A DNA stretch of 64,000 bases, taken from NCBI RefSeq assembly GCF_044704955.1, contig NW_027253510.1:310001-374000 (forward strand), given 5' to 3'. A program made the position numbers and the translations under genes. Below the pieces are notes generated by a model. That model ran no database searches and was not told the origin of the DNA. It worked only from the letters and a program-made list of their open reading frames with translations. Shown here piece after piece: positions 63,429-64,000 of this stretch; positions within the stretch are counted from its first letter, which is position 1, and each line of letters begins with the position of its first letter. The DNA comes from Pristiophorus japonicus. Lineage: Eukaryota.

Positions 63429-64000
63429 ACCCAACGTTAATAAGTGACCTGTTTTAAAATGCCCATGTTCTGTCTCTTTCTACAATGAAGTAAGCTTCCT
63501 GTTGGTTACTGTGGCACCTCCCTGTACAATCTCTCAATGCTCAGCTCATGGATACTATTTAAAACTAGACTGAAATAAATGACCAGTAACCAGGGCATTT
63601 GCCATCTACATGGTCACCAGCTTGAAACTACCGTCAGTCGTAGGGAGAAAAGCCACTTTAAAATGAATCGCTATTTGAAGTTAACGAAAGGTTCATGTAT
63701 ATTGCTCCATAAAACAGAGCATTCTCTGACTTATTGTGAGTAACACAGGACATCCACTGGCAACCTATTAAAAATGGTGCACAGGATGCATTTCCTGTTT
63801 GCCTGTCACATTTCCTGTGTCACACTTTGGCTGTCACACCTTCTCATATGCAAAGTTCTCCCAGCCGATAGGATTAAATTTCATATTCATCAACCACCAA
63901 CAGATCACAACTGCACAGGTGGAGAACGTGAGAATCAGCAAGTAACAAGCAGGAATGAAAAACACCAAAACACGAAGCTCCAAAAACTACAAATTAAGAT

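Overview
Vertebrate genomic DNA, very probably a cartilaginous fish (shark-type CR1/L2/RTE LINEs, SacSINE-like fragment, PIF/Harbinger elements, fish-type endogenous retroviruses). The large majority of the window is transposable element or tandem repeat, often deeply nested. It holds a 6.4 kb 10-mer satellite inside a Harbinger element, a long-LTR retroelement with lokiretrovirus-like features (PBS tRNA-Arg), two class I-like proviruses with gamma-type env (PBS tRNA-Leu and tRNA-Gln), a Gypsy element (PBS tRNA-Ser), about a dozen CR1 pieces and three Harbinger remnants. The small islands of unique DNA between the TEs contain + strand exons of what looks like a single disabled, non-rearranging antigen-receptor-like IgSF gene. 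These are a 66-bp phase-1 linker exon (30936-31001), two single-exon germline 'VJ' domains with no RSS and a shared C-x-x-W-G-x-I-x-G-x-G-T-x-L-x-V-T end (39058-39406, 52230-52572), and a 43-bp exon encoding an ITIM (SIYSEL; 55493-55535). Both V exons are frameshifted, and no leader, C or TM exon is visible. All calls come from manual reading and no database searches were run.
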